Virus record (IMG/VR): IMGVR_UViG_3300028029_000007
Span: 22,046 to 86,045 of that record
Origin: a virus
DNA length: 64,000 nt
Direction: 5' to 3' (one strand)
Positions 40,173-49,729 of this stretch are shown one piece after another. The notes under the pieces were generated by a model that saw only the letters and a program-made list of their open reading frames with translations, was not told the DNA's origin and did not search any database. The position numbers and the translations under genes are program-made. Positions within the stretch are counted from its first letter, which is position 1; each line of letters starts with the position of its first letter.

Positions 40173-41093
40173 TTAAAAGTTATTTATTCCAGGATCTCCA
40201 ATATGACCAATGGATGATGTTAGTCTATCATTACTTGATATTATTGGCTGATTAACTGGTTGACCAGGTTCAAAGCTTTGTGACGGAGCAAGCTGAGAAA
40301 GAGAATGTGGAACGCCGAGAGTTGGATCTGAATTAGACGGTCCAGAAACTGGAGAGCGATGCCATCCAAGGAAGTTAGACCTGAACCCTCTGCGCTGTGT
40401 TGCCATAAATGTCATTGAGTAATCAAACATTCCAAGCTTCTGAGCTGATTCTGTTAATACAAAATCCATAAAATATCCTCTGTATGTCCATCCAGACCAG
40501 TACATCTCAACAGAAAATGCTAATGATGCTAGCGTAGGAGTTGGACGAGTTGGGGATGTTGACCCAGACTCAAGAGCGTTGGCTGTCATATCTAATATAT
40601 CTTCACCAACGGAAGCTGTAAGGCCTCCAAGAATTGATCCTGGAGAATCTCCTAGTAGTGAATCCCTTGACTGATTCCTATCGAGAGCTGCCGCCAATGC
40701 TAGAGCAAATGGGTCGAAAGCAACCTGCTCCGCTCTATAGATATCAAAAAGAACGTTTATACCTTCTACTCCAGATGAACCCGTTGTCCCTTTAATAGAA
40801 AGAGTAGTTAAATCTTCTCCCCAATATTGCAGAACAAAACCTCCCTTTGTTCTCTGATTGGTAATTATCTTTTTATCTGATGTGACGATGTTTTCTGGGT
40901 TGATATACATATCAACAATACCAGTTTCAGGTAAAAACCATTTAACCATATTTCTTGTATGATGCGCAGTACGATTAGGGCGGATACGGTTTTGACGTGT
41001 ACCATCACCAGAGGATGAGGGTGGAACCCTTCCTGTAGTGTTATTTACGGCTGCTTGAGCCTGCCCTAATAGGTTTAATGGTTGTAGTGGCAT
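40173..41093 (-). CDS. Probable tail tube initiator (gp48/gp54-like)
   Basis: MYINPENI...QRTKGGFVLQYWGEDLTTLSIKGTTG...YRGYFMDF...FDYSMTF tube-like fold pattern; directly after tape measure. Confidence 0.6.
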   Translation of the reverse strand: MPLQPLNLLGQAQAAVNNTTGRVPPSSSGDGTRQNRIRPNRTAHHTRNMVKWFLPETGIVDMYINPENIVTSDKKIITNQRTKGGFVLQYWGEDLTTLSIKGTTGSSGVEGINVLFDIYRAEQVAFDPFALALAAALDRNQSRDSLLGDSPGSILGGLTASVGEDILDMTANALESGSTSPTRPTPTLASLAFSVEMYWSGWTYRGYFMDFVLTESAQKLGMFDYSMTFMATQRRGFRSNFLGWHRSPVSGPSNSDPTLGVPHSLSQLAPSQSFEPGQPVNQPIISSNDRLTSSIGHIGDPGINNF

Positions 41094-41110
41094 GGATATA
41101 TGTGGTTTTA

Positions 41111-43183
41111 TTACTCCTGAGTATTAACCCCGATAATGGCTTGGTTATTTTTGGACTTTTCCAATTCCCTCCAGGATCTTGAGAATTCTTTCTTAGCAAT
41201 GGTTATCATGCCGTCTTTTACATCAACCTCTACTTTTAATACTCCATCAATTACCACTTCCTGAGGGGTATTTCTATCACGACTTCCACCTGGATCCTGA
41301 GCACCACTTCCCCTAGCCCTAGCTACATCATCTTTCATCTTGGAACCATCTGGCAATTTATCCTTACCATCATTTTCAGTAAGGCCCATCTTCTTCTTGA
41401 TAGCCTTATTAATTCTACCAGCAATACCATCTTTACCCAACAGATCCGCCAAAGAGGATCCAAGAGCCTTGCCCTCTTCTAAAAGATCACTAGCCCTACC
41501 AGCAATCTCATCTCGGTCTGTAATGTTAGTTGAACTTTTTGCGCCAGTAATTTCTCCAGTAGAGGATTTAATTTTTTTTCCGGATAGTGAGGTTGATAGT
41601 CCTTGAGGGTGTAAATCTGTAATATAATTTCCGCCAACAAATTTATCAGCATCTTTAAGTGATTCAAGATCTAGATTAGCCTTACCCCTTAACCCTCGCT
41701 GACCCGCATTGAGAAGTTTTACTAATTGATTGGGAGCACCCTTTGCAATTTCATTTCCAAGCTTTAAAGCATCAATCATTGCATCCTGGGGAGACTTCAT
41801 GTCCTTAAGAGCATCCTGAAGTTTTTCCGTCCCACCCTCCTGCATCGCTGCGAGTACCTTAAATGCTTCCTGCTTATTTTGAGCTAACCCAAACTTTTCT
41901 AACATCTCGGTTTGCTTCATGAGCTGACCGGCAAGAGCTGGATTTTCCTGAACATCCTCTAATGTTACTGGTGCACCAAGTCCAGTGTTCTCCATCGCAG
42001 ACATGGTCCTAGAAATAATCTCACCAAAGTTGCCCTGCTGCTTCAAAAGCTCAATCTCAAAACCACCAGCAAGACCGCCTCTTCCGCCGGAAGCCTGATT
42101 CACATACGAAGCCTGACCAATATCCATGCTTTTAGCGCCCTCAAGCATTCCACCGGTAATATCAGCTATCGCCTGCTTTGAAGAACCAGTGTCTCCTAGC
42201 GCCTTACCAAGAGAGCTAATTAGTTTAACGGCTGAGTCGGAAGCGTCACCCATGGATGAAATTCCGGAAGTTGCCTTCTCCATATAGGTATCCATAATCT
42301 CCATAGGAAGCTTAAGGTCTTGAGCGGCATTTCTAAAGGCCGACAAATTCCTCATGGAATTTTCTACAGAGGTTCCAAACTTATTATGAGTTTTGGTTAG
42401 GAAAGAGGTAACATCTTCGTGCTCCATCATTAAACCGTCTGCTAGCCTAATGGATGCAGTGAACAAATCCATTGAGTCGCTCCCATCCTCATTGACGGCA
42501 ATAAATGTATCCATTGAGTTCGAGATACCTCTCAAATTATCTCTATACCTATCAAGTTCGGAAGATAACCTACCAGTAGCATTACCAGTTTCCTCAAGCC
42601 TTTTTGAATACGCTGCGCTTGCATTAGTCATGGTAGCCGTATCTAGAGCCCCATCTTTCATGAATGAATTCAGGGAGCCTGATTGTGCAGCCATTTTCAT
42701 TAGACCAATCTCTGTTGATCTGCTCTGCTCTGTTAGTCTGTATAGCTCTGTAACGCCATCCAATATTCCACCTCCAATTCCAAGCTTCGCCAATACTGGC
42801 TGTAAACTTGAAAAGGAAGATGATATTCTCTGAGATGCATCAACTCCCTCATCACCAATCTTACCAAACATGTTTGAGCCCTTCGTAAGCTCAGGCATTA
42901 GTATTGTAGAAAATATTGATGCTGTCTTAACCAGACCGTCACCAGTCTGATTATTCATTTCAATAGCCTTATTTGTAGCACTCTGATAGGCTTCCCTTAA
43001 CTCTGTCGCAGATATCTTTGCACCACCTAGGAAGCTAGATAAGGAGGTGGCATTTCCCTTTAGAACTTCCGTTAAAGATAGTGCTACATTCTTAACATCA
43101 GTAAGACCTTCTTCAAGCCCACCGGCAGCTCCAATAGCCTCATTAATATCTTCTGTAGCTTTTTTAATATCATCATTAGCCAT
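41111..43183 (-). CDS. Tail tape measure protein
   Basis: Ala/Gly/Leu-rich helical sequence; canonical position after tube and chaperones. Confidence 0.7.
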   Translation of the reverse strand: MANDDIKKATEDINEAIGAAGGLEEGLTDVKNVALSLTEVLKGNATSLSSFLGGAKISATELREAYQSATNKAIEMNNQTGDGLVKTASIFSTILMPELTKGSNMFGKIGDEGVDASQRISSSFSSLQPVLAKLGIGGGILDGVTELYRLTEQSRSTEIGLMKMAAQSGSLNSFMKDGALDTATMTNASAAYSKRLEETGNATGRLSSELDRYRDNLRGISNSMDTFIAVNEDGSDSMDLFTASIRLADGLMMEHEDVTSFLTKTHNKFGTSVENSMRNLSAFRNAAQDLKLPMEIMDTYMEKATSGISSMGDASDSAVKLISSLGKALGDTGSSKQAIADITGGMLEGAKSMDIGQASYVNQASGGRGGLAGGFEIELLKQQGNFGEIISRTMSAMENTGLGAPVTLEDVQENPALAGQLMKQTEMLEKFGLAQNKQEAFKVLAAMQEGGTEKLQDALKDMKSPQDAMIDALKLGNEIAKGAPNQLVKLLNAGQRGLRGKANLDLESLKDADKFVGGNYITDLHPQGLSTSLSGKKIKSSTGEITGAKSSTNITDRDEIAGRASDLLEEGKALGSSLADLLGKDGIAGRINKAIKKKMGLTENDGKDKLPDGSKMKDDVARARGSGAQDPGGSRDRNTPQEVVIDGVLKVEVDVKDGMITIAKKEFSRSWRELEKSKNNQAIIGVNTQE

Positions 43184-43193
43184 AAAACACTAC

Positions 43194-43595
43194 CTATTCT
43201 TGGACAACCCTACGCCCTCTACGCCTGGAAAGTCTTAAATGATCTTCTCCCTTTATGCCTTGTAATGCGCTCTTAGCTCGATCAGACACGGGCTGAGCCT
43301 GAACATAATCCCAAGAATCCTGGTACTCCTCATCAGATGAAGAAAAATCTGGTTCCTTAGACATATCTTTAGCCATCTCAAGATTGGTAAACGAACCAAT
43401 AAGAATAGCCTGATCTCTCAACGTTTCTACCTGCCTTCTCTCACTCTCTCTCCAGGAGTAAAATAAGTACATCTTCTCTACCGGATCTATCTCGTCAAAC
43501 CATGGGTCTGATGGTAGCCTACTAAATCTTTCAGATAGATGATCTATGAATCGATGATCTGGATCTTTAACTACTTTTGGAGATCGCCTCGGCAA
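43194..43595 (-). CDS. Tail assembly chaperone, second ORF (possibly a frameshift extension)
   Basis: Between the first chaperone and tape measure; overlaps the upstream ORF by 29 nt; only a TTG start. Confidence 0.55.
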   Translation of the reverse strand: MPRRSPKVVKDPDHRFIDHLSERFSRLPSDPWFDEIDPVEKMYLFYSWRESERRQVETLRDQAILIGSFTNLEMAKDMSKEPDFSSSDEEYQDSWDYVQAQPVSDRAKSALQGIKGEDHLRLSRRRGRRVVQE

Positions 43596-44280
43596 CCACC
43601 TTCACGTCCTCAGTTGACTTAATTGAGTATTTTTTCTGATTATCAACATCCATGTGTTCGAAATGTTCAAATAAGAAGTTAGTAACATTATCGTCTAGCT
43701 CATCGATAAAAGCCTCTCTCATGTAGAAGCGATCAGCTTCGCCAACCCTATCAACTTCAGAAGAAATAATTGCATCCAATGAAATTCCATCAATGGACTG
43801 GACTGCATAAGCAAGCGTTACAGTCTTAACCTCCATAACAGAGTCCTGAGTCTTTAACTTGAACATGTTGTCTCTCGCTCTCGCAATATGCTTTCTCTCC
43901 TTGGACTTCAAGGTTGAGACTGTAAATGTAGCAATGCCGGTATCATCACGAACTGGAATATCAATACTGGAACGTCCAATACCAACAAGCATCTCTATTC
44001 TCGTCTTTGATGATGGAACATTTGCCGCTTGCTGTCTAGATTGAGCCCACTCATTACGCCTAACCTGAGCCTCCTCCCATGAGACGGACTCTGATTGGTG
44101 CTGTTGTGACTGACCCTGCTGAGGGGGAGCTACCTGCTGCGTAGAGGTAAAGCGTTGCTCTTCCTGCATTGGTGGCTGCTGTTGCTGTGGCTGTTGTCCA
44201 GACTCATCTGGCACACTAAACTGACGTGCCTGCCTTGACTTAAATTCAGTCTTTCCTAATGGAGAATTTATAGATCCCAA
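43567..44280 (-). CDS. Tail assembly chaperone, first ORF
   Basis: Position after tube; TLAYAVQSIDG...FIDELDDNVTNFLF; Q-rich N-terminus; likely TTG start at 44280 with GAGGT RBS. Confidence 0.6.
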   Translation of the reverse strand: MGSINSPLGKTEFKSRQARQFSVPDESGQQPQQQQPPMQEEQRFTSTQQVAPPQQGQSQQHQSESVSWEEAQVRRNEWAQSRQQAANVPSSKTRIEMLVGIGRSSIDIPVRDDTGIATFTVSTLKSKERKHIARARDNMFKLKTQDSVMEVKTVTLAYAVQSIDGISLDAIISSEVDRVGEADRFYMREAFIDELDDNVTNFLFEHFEHMDVDNQKKYSIKSTEDVKVVAEAISKSS

Positions 44281-44363
44281 AATTACCTCATAAAACAAAA
44301 TTGTCTGATATGTAATATACCAGACAATTCAGAACTTTAACAATTAATGTATATTTATTACGA

Positions 44364-44990
44364 TTATGCTGATTCAATAGCCTGTAGTAATCCAGCTCCA
44401 TCAAGAGCGCCTCTACGGTCCCCTCTATCGGCTGCAAGCTCGAAGGCATTAACAGAGTTAATTGGAAGGTTCCTTCCGCCAGTAGCGCCCGGAACAGCGT
44501 TGTTGTTAGCTCCGAGAGTTGTATAGATATGCTCTGCAGTAAGAGACATCTGGTCCGAAATTACAAAGTTATCAGTCTTGAACTCATAAGAGATATCAGA
44601 AATCCAACAATTCTTAATAGTCGTAACTAGTGTTGAAGATGGATCATCTCCAGCAAAGATATCCTTGATAACAATATCAAATGGAATTCTTTGAGAGGCT
44701 GCATGAACAAATCCACGAGAGAAAGCTGCGGCAACTCTAAGGTTGTCGAATCTTGTTCTCGTACAGTTTATTGTAATGTTTGTACTCTTAGATGGAACTG
44801 AATCAATGTGACCATCAGTACCAACTTCATCAATTGTTGCGATGGCACGAGTCTCCTTAACCCCCAAAGTCTGAATAGCTCCTACAGCATTACCATCAAC
44901 TTCGATGATAATGTTAGTGCTGACTGAAGTTCCCGTACGGTTTCTGCCGCCTTCTGCTGTTGTAATACTACCTGTATTTGGTGCTGTCAT
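44364..44990 (-). CDS. Tail tube protein
   Basis: IEVDGNAVGAIQTL...IDEVGTD...PFDIVIKD...TIKNCWISDISY...SLTAEHI; follows sheath. Confidence 0.85.
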   Translation of the reverse strand: MTAPNTGSITTAEGGRNRTGTSVSTNIIIEVDGNAVGAIQTLGVKETRAIATIDEVGTDGHIDSVPSKSTNITINCTRTRFDNLRVAAAFSRGFVHAASQRIPFDIVIKDIFAGDDPSSTLVTTIKNCWISDISYEFKTDNFVISDQMSLTAEHIYTTLGANNNAVPGATGGRNLPINSVNAFELAADRGDRRGALDGAGLLQAIESA

Positions 44991-45021
44991 GGTTTAATCC
45001 TGTTACTACTCAAAATTATAT

Positions 45022-45165
45022 TAATTTTATGCCTAATCCTATTCGCCCCATCTTCAATCTTAACTTTAGACGAGAAGTCTCAAATTATACAATGAAGCAC
45101 TATAAAAATGCCAAATCATTCATAGTTTTATAATTAAATATTATACAGTAATCTGTCTCCCAAAT
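45022..45165 (-). pseudogene. Degenerate C-terminal relic of an HNH endonuclease
   Basis: Broken frames WETDYCIIFNYKTMNDLAFL*C / SLYNLRL / SSKVKIEDGANRIRHK align with WQIDHIIP..FKYKNMNDFDFLQCWSLINLRPLSAKTNIIDGVKRTRHK of the adjacent intact copy. Confidence 0.75.
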
Positions 45166-45246
45166 CAGGAGTATTCCAAAATATTCCAAGCTATCCAATA
45201 TTCCAAGCTATAAGTAATGAATCGTCGTCTTTAGGGTGGCCTTTTA

Positions 45247-46128
45247 CTATTTATGCCTAGTCCTCTTCACGCCATCTATAATATTAGTCTTAGCTGAAAG
45301 CGGCCTTAAATTAATTAAAGACCAGCATTGTAAAAAATCAAAATCATTCATATTTTTATACTTAAAATCTGAAGCTGGTATAATGTGATCTATCTGCCAT
45401 GCCCACGTTGACTTGTCATTATCATTCCATGTACTAATATCATATACTCCCCAGTTATCCCAGGACATCCACTCTTCGAATAAAGATTCAATATGATCCC
45501 TTAATTCTATGAAGGAGTACGGCAAATATTTTGCACATGACTCACCATATTTAGACCCACTATTCCCTTTTAAAGCTCTAATAATTGCATTAGATATGTT
45601 ACAACGTATCTTAAATGTAACGTTTTCTTTTAACTTTATTCTTCTACTTTTATTTATCCGCTCTCTTTGAGATGGTGTTTTCCTATAAGCCCTTCTTTTA
45701 TCTTTATTTCTCTCTTCCCATTCACGAGATGCTTGCAAATGTTTATTCCTAAATTTAGGATCTTTATATTTTTTTTTAAACTCTTCCCTTCCGCTCTCTT
45801 TATATCTATTTAGCAATCTTTCTTTGTTATATTTTGACTCACATTCATTACATGATGATTCATAATATGTTTTATTATTTTTTAATCTAGATCTGAATTT
45901 ATTAATATCAATCATTCCGTCACAGGATAAACACTTCTTATTTTTTGGAGTAACCCTTATCGGAATAGTAACGCTGGAATTATCTATTCCTAAAATTTTG
46001 TATATTTCTAAAACTTTATGTCTTGTAAAACCAAGATCGCTAGCTATTTTTCTAGCCCCCTTAATACCGTCAAAGGCTGTCTTTATTAATAAAATTTCCT
46101 CTTCTGTATTTGCTAATTTTCTAGGCAT
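45247..46128 (-). CDS. HNH-family homing endonuclease with N-terminal HTH and zinc finger
   Basis: CxxC..CxxC; WMSWDNWG..WQIDHIIP..CWSLINLRPL..N. Confidence 0.85.
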   Translation of the reverse strand: MPRKLANTEEEILLIKTAFDGIKGARKIASDLGFTRHKVLEIYKILGIDNSSVTIPIRVTPKNKKCLSCDGMIDINKFRSRLKNNKTYYESSCNECESKYNKERLLNRYKESGREEFKKKYKDPKFRNKHLQASREWEERNKDKRRAYRKTPSQRERINKSRRIKLKENVTFKIRCNISNAIIRALKGNSGSKYGESCAKYLPYSFIELRDHIESLFEEWMSWDNWGVYDISTWNDNDKSTWAWQIDHIIPASDFKYKNMNDFDFLQCWSLINLRPLSAKTNIIDGVKRTRHK

Positions 46129-46171
46129 TGTTCATATATTTTCAATAATTGATTCAATTGCAGCTAGTACC

Positions 46172-46206
46172 AAAATAAGCCCCTCTTAAAATGAGGAGCT
46201 TATTTT
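46172..46206 (-). terminator. Intrinsic terminator-like hairpin after the sheath gene
   Basis: Minus strand AAAATAAGCTCCTC-ATTTTAA-GAGGGGCTTATTTT. Confidence 0.7.
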
Positions 46207-46228
46207 TTACCAGGCATTTTTAGCTAGT

Positions 46229-48694
46229 TTAAAGAACGCCGATGCCTAAGCGAATGAAGATCCAGTTAACTGGGAACGTTGGCTGTACCTTAACAGTCAC
46301 ATTCCACTGTCTTGGCTCTACCGGATCTCTTACCACGGTTAGATCGGTAAAGTCTGTGATTAATCTTCTTGATAGGAAGGAAATCATCATTGAAGTTGCT
46401 CTTGCATACAATGTTGCTTCGAACGTTGGGGTTTCAGCCTTACCAATGAATGGCTGGAATGCTGTGCGCATATCCTTAGCTAATCTATCTCTAATAAATA
46501 CAACTGACTGCTCCTCTTCCTCTGGAAGTAATGAGTCTGTAGTTGTTTTGCCGAAGATAACCAGTCCGCCACCGGCCACTGGCCTTAAAAGTGAAATACC
46601 AGCTGCTGTGATATTCTCTTCGATGATTGGGGCATAAAGTTTATCTCTTGTTATAGAGAACCCTCCAATAGTCTTATTTGTTAGTGGTTCCTGAATCTGA
46701 TCTCTACCTGAGTAGTAACCAGCCGCTGCCGCACCGATGAAGAATCCATCGGCAGCAACCCTGTCAGCACCAGCCTGGACAATAATCTCATCTGGGTAGA
46801 AGTAGTTAACCCTGAATGAATCACCAAATCCGTTCTGGACCCCATAATCAGAAAGGTCTTCAACATCACCAGCAAGAATCTCGTTAATCTCATCCCCCTG
46901 AATTCCTTCAAGTAGACCAATATCCTCAACTGCCGCTGGAGTGTTTCCGATAACGTTATCAGGGGTTAAACCCTTGATAGCGCCAGTCATAAGGACGCGC
47001 TCTTTCTTATTCTTAATTCCAGACATTGCTTCTACGTGAGACTTACCATTCTGAAGAATCACTGAGATAGTCTGAGATGGAAGTGGAACAACCATGTCAA
47101 CCTCAATCCTTTCAGCAGAATCGTAAGCAGAAATCCAACCTGGGTCGAAGAAGTCTGCGTCCTTTGTGTCAACAAGAGTGCAGCGCAGGGACTCGCCAAG
47201 TGAAAGTGCAAGGTCGTCTGTTAGAAGAATTCGTGCAGATGAAGATACAGAGTCTAATACCTGAAATTCAATTCCAGTCTCGGCGGTAAATCCACCCGGA
47301 TTTGTAATTACAACATTTCCATTTGAAACTGATACAACAGCATATGCTCCATCATTACCAGAAGTGGAGTTCTCAATTCTTACTGAACGAGTAGCTGATA
47401 CATCATCAAGTCCAAATTGAACGGTTGCTGAGTCAAGCTTAGCAGTCGTTGCGGTTATAACTGTGAGAACACCATCCTCTCCAGATTTCTGAACCGAATC
47501 ATCTAGAATAACAGTATAAGAGAAAGAGTAAGCTCCGCCAAATACAAATCCAGATGGGTTAGAAGTAATTGTTGAATTATAGAAATCAACCTTATTAGGG
47601 ATAATCTGGGACTCAACATTTGTAATAGCGTTTGTTATGAAGAAATTAATATTTGCATCAACATCGGGTAGAATTCCGAGTGGAAGCTCAAATGTAAGCT
47701 CTTCGAGATCTGTTTGACCATTGGAAGATGATACTAGTAAGTAAGACTCTCTACGTGGGATAGAGGGGGCACACTGAAGTGCAAATGCACCGGGAGTTCC
47801 ATTTGCAAATGCAAGCTGAGCGCCTAGTGAAAGCCTATTAGATAGTGATGGCTTACCGTGCTTTAATGTTAATTGATTTATGTTAGTAAAGAACTGTGGG
47901 TCATTAATATCAATTTCAGCAATATAGTTTGCCGTGAGGGATTCACCAACTCTTAGTGATCCGCCTGCAACCTCAACAACAAATGCATCCCCTTCAACGA
48001 ATGGTGTGATTCCTTCGGAAATGGCAAACTTAAGGATTCCATTGTCGCGAATCTGGGCATCTGACTGCCAAGAAATTTGGCTCCCATAACCATCCAGTAC
48101 AACTCCGGTAATAGATCCACGGACAATAAACTTAGCATAACCGTCAATTGGTATGCCATATCCGTCTCTCTGAACGGAAGTAACCCTTGCAGTCCAAGTC
48201 TCGGCAGGAGCATTAGGATCTAGAAGGGAAAGATTTGATATTGTTCCATTACCAGTATTCTCACCTGCTCTAAAGAATGCTCCGCCCTGATCGACAAGAG
48301 ATGCTCTTTGAAGCTCGATACAGTCTGTTGCAATGTCAACTCTGACATCGAACCTTGAATCGAATGGGTTAGAATCAACTGGTGCTTCAAGAACGGAAAG
48401 CTCAACACCATTTCTAAAAACCCTTGTACGATTTTCAATTAATGGTCCAACAGCATTCTGGCCACCTAATAGATAGTGTCTGCCGTCTGGAGTTCCGGTC
48501 AAAGTGCAATCAGATCCGATACCATCATTACCATTGCCTACTGCAAGATTAATAATTGTCTCATCACGATTACCTTCACCCATAATAACTGAAGTACGCG
48601 CACCGGATGGCACTGCCACACCAGATGTGATTGATTCAGTTTGTACTACTGCACTTGGTACCGCATTACCCGCACCTGGGAAATTTCCAGCCAT
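46229..48694 (-). CDS. Contractile tail sheath protein (821 aa, with inserted outer domains)
   Basis: SLGAQLAFANG, HVEAMS..KKERV, EPLTNKTI, VVFIRDRLAK and WNVTVKVQPTFPVNWIFI sheath motifs; 3 clustered DGY. Confidence 0.92.
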   Translation of the reverse strand: MAGNFPGAGNAVPSAVVQTESITSGVAVPSGARTSVIMGEGNRDETIINLAVGNGNDGIGSDCTLTGTPDGRHYLLGGQNAVGPLIENRTRVFRNGVELSVLEAPVDSNPFDSRFDVRVDIATDCIELQRASLVDQGGAFFRAGENTGNGTISNLSLLDPNAPAETWTARVTSVQRDGYGIPIDGYAKFIVRGSITGVVLDGYGSQISWQSDAQIRDNGILKFAISEGITPFVEGDAFVVEVAGGSLRVGESLTANYIAEIDINDPQFFTNINQLTLKHGKPSLSNRLSLGAQLAFANGTPGAFALQCAPSIPRRESYLLVSSSNGQTDLEELTFELPLGILPDVDANINFFITNAITNVESQIIPNKVDFYNSTITSNPSGFVFGGAYSFSYTVILDDSVQKSGEDGVLTVITATTAKLDSATVQFGLDDVSATRSVRIENSTSGNDGAYAVVSVSNGNVVITNPGGFTAETGIEFQVLDSVSSSARILLTDDLALSLGESLRCTLVDTKDADFFDPGWISAYDSAERIEVDMVVPLPSQTISVILQNGKSHVEAMSGIKNKKERVLMTGAIKGLTPDNVIGNTPAAVEDIGLLEGIQGDEINEILAGDVEDLSDYGVQNGFGDSFRVNYFYPDEIIVQAGADRVAADGFFIGAAAAGYYSGRDQIQEPLTNKTIGGFSITRDKLYAPIIEENITAAGISLLRPVAGGGLVIFGKTTTDSLLPEEEEQSVVFIRDRLAKDMRTAFQPFIGKAETPTFEATLYARATSMMISFLSRRLITDFTDLTVVRDPVEPRQWNVTVKVQPTFPVNWIFIRLGIGVL

Positions 48695-48769
48695 TTTTAT
48701 CCTCTCATTTTTAAACTAGATGAAACATTAAAATCCAACATACTCTTATGTTGACTTATGTATAAGTAT

Positions 48770-48913
48770 TCTATTTCTACGGGCCCCATCTATTATATTT
48801 TCCTTGGCAGAATATGGTCTTAAGTTATTAAGCTTCCACATATCCAGAAATTAATAATCCTGTTCGCCTTCATATACGAAATTAGCCATAGGAATTTTAC
48901 ATTCCCTATCCAT
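48770..48913 (-). pseudogene. Degenerate C-terminal relic of an HNH endonuclease
   Basis: My translation KIPMANFVYEGEQDY*FLDMWKLNNLRPYSAKENIIDGARRN (in-frame TAA at 48851-48853) matches LSNLRPYSAKQNVIDGDRR of the intact copies. Confidence 0.8.
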
Positions 48914-48920
48914 GCTCTTA

Positions 48921-49715
48921 TTAAAGATCGTCTATGAGATCTAAAAGTTGAACTTGCGTATTTATCGTCAAGTTTGGAGATATTACCGGGGGATTTACAT
49001 TTAATCGGCCAAATTCAACGCAGATATTGATTGCATCCATCGTGGACTCAACCGGAATTTCCCTTCTCCACTCCGTCCTAATATCCAAAGATACAGTGGA
49101 TTTAAATAAAGGGTGCTGCTGGCGGTCCTGTGATTCGGAGGGCCCAGAAATTGAAACCTTCTTCACTGCTATACCAGCTCTTAATAGCTCTTCGTACCTA
49201 ATATCTTTCAATATTATAGAAGTTGTAGACTCTAATTCGTCCCTAGCCTCAATATCCCTGGCATAAATATCAATAGAAACTGAGCCCTCCCAAGCCCCTG
49301 CAAATACATAATGTGTAGGTACTGAAAATAATTTCTCATTGCCGTAACCGTCAATCACTTTGGTTGTGGCGTACTTGACAGTTTCTTTATTTCGATTTAT
49401 TGATATTGGTATAGAGGACATCGAGCCCATCTTTACTAATAGAGCTGGGTAGAAAATCGCATCGTGCCTAAAGTGCTCACCGATAAATATTCTAGTTGTC
49501 TGATCATCATTAAAACCAGCATCAAGTGGAACGTTCGTTAGATCCGGCGTCTTTGGAAAGCCGAACTCATCTCTAACGAAACTATAATATGAATCCTTGG
49601 AAAACTCGTCCCTCAGTATCCCCGAGATAGTGTCCTTAATCTGCGCATTCTGCGTATTCTGAACCACATTATGAAGCTGATTCAGGTCTGTTCTTATAAA
49701 CGATCCCGTAGTCAT
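48921..49715 (-). CDS. Probable tail terminator/completion protein
   Basis: Immediately upstream of sheath; YPALLVK...SIDIYARDIEARDEL...VSLDIRTEW pattern; 1 DGY. Confidence 0.6.
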   Translation of the reverse strand: MTTGSFIRTDLNQLHNVVQNTQNAQIKDTISGILRDEFSKDSYYSFVRDEFGFPKTPDLTNVPLDAGFNDDQTTRIFIGEHFRHDAIFYPALLVKMGSMSSIPISINRNKETVKYATTKVIDGYGNEKLFSVPTHYVFAGAWEGSVSIDIYARDIEARDELESTTSIILKDIRYEELLRAGIAVKKVSISGPSESQDRQQHPLFKSTVSLDIRTEWRREIPVESTMDAINICVEFGRLNVNPPVISPNLTINTQVQLLDLIDDL

Positions 49716-49729
49716 ATAGTAATGCAGTA

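Noticed and set aside
15566..49715. Interpretation as a bacterial eCIS/tailocin/T6SS locus
   Set aside because: Multiple homing endonucleases, a neck-like gene, moron and holin-like gene, and no recognisable Afp15-like ATPase or T6SS membrane complex favour a phage. No capsid or terminase gene is in the window, so this is not formally excluded.
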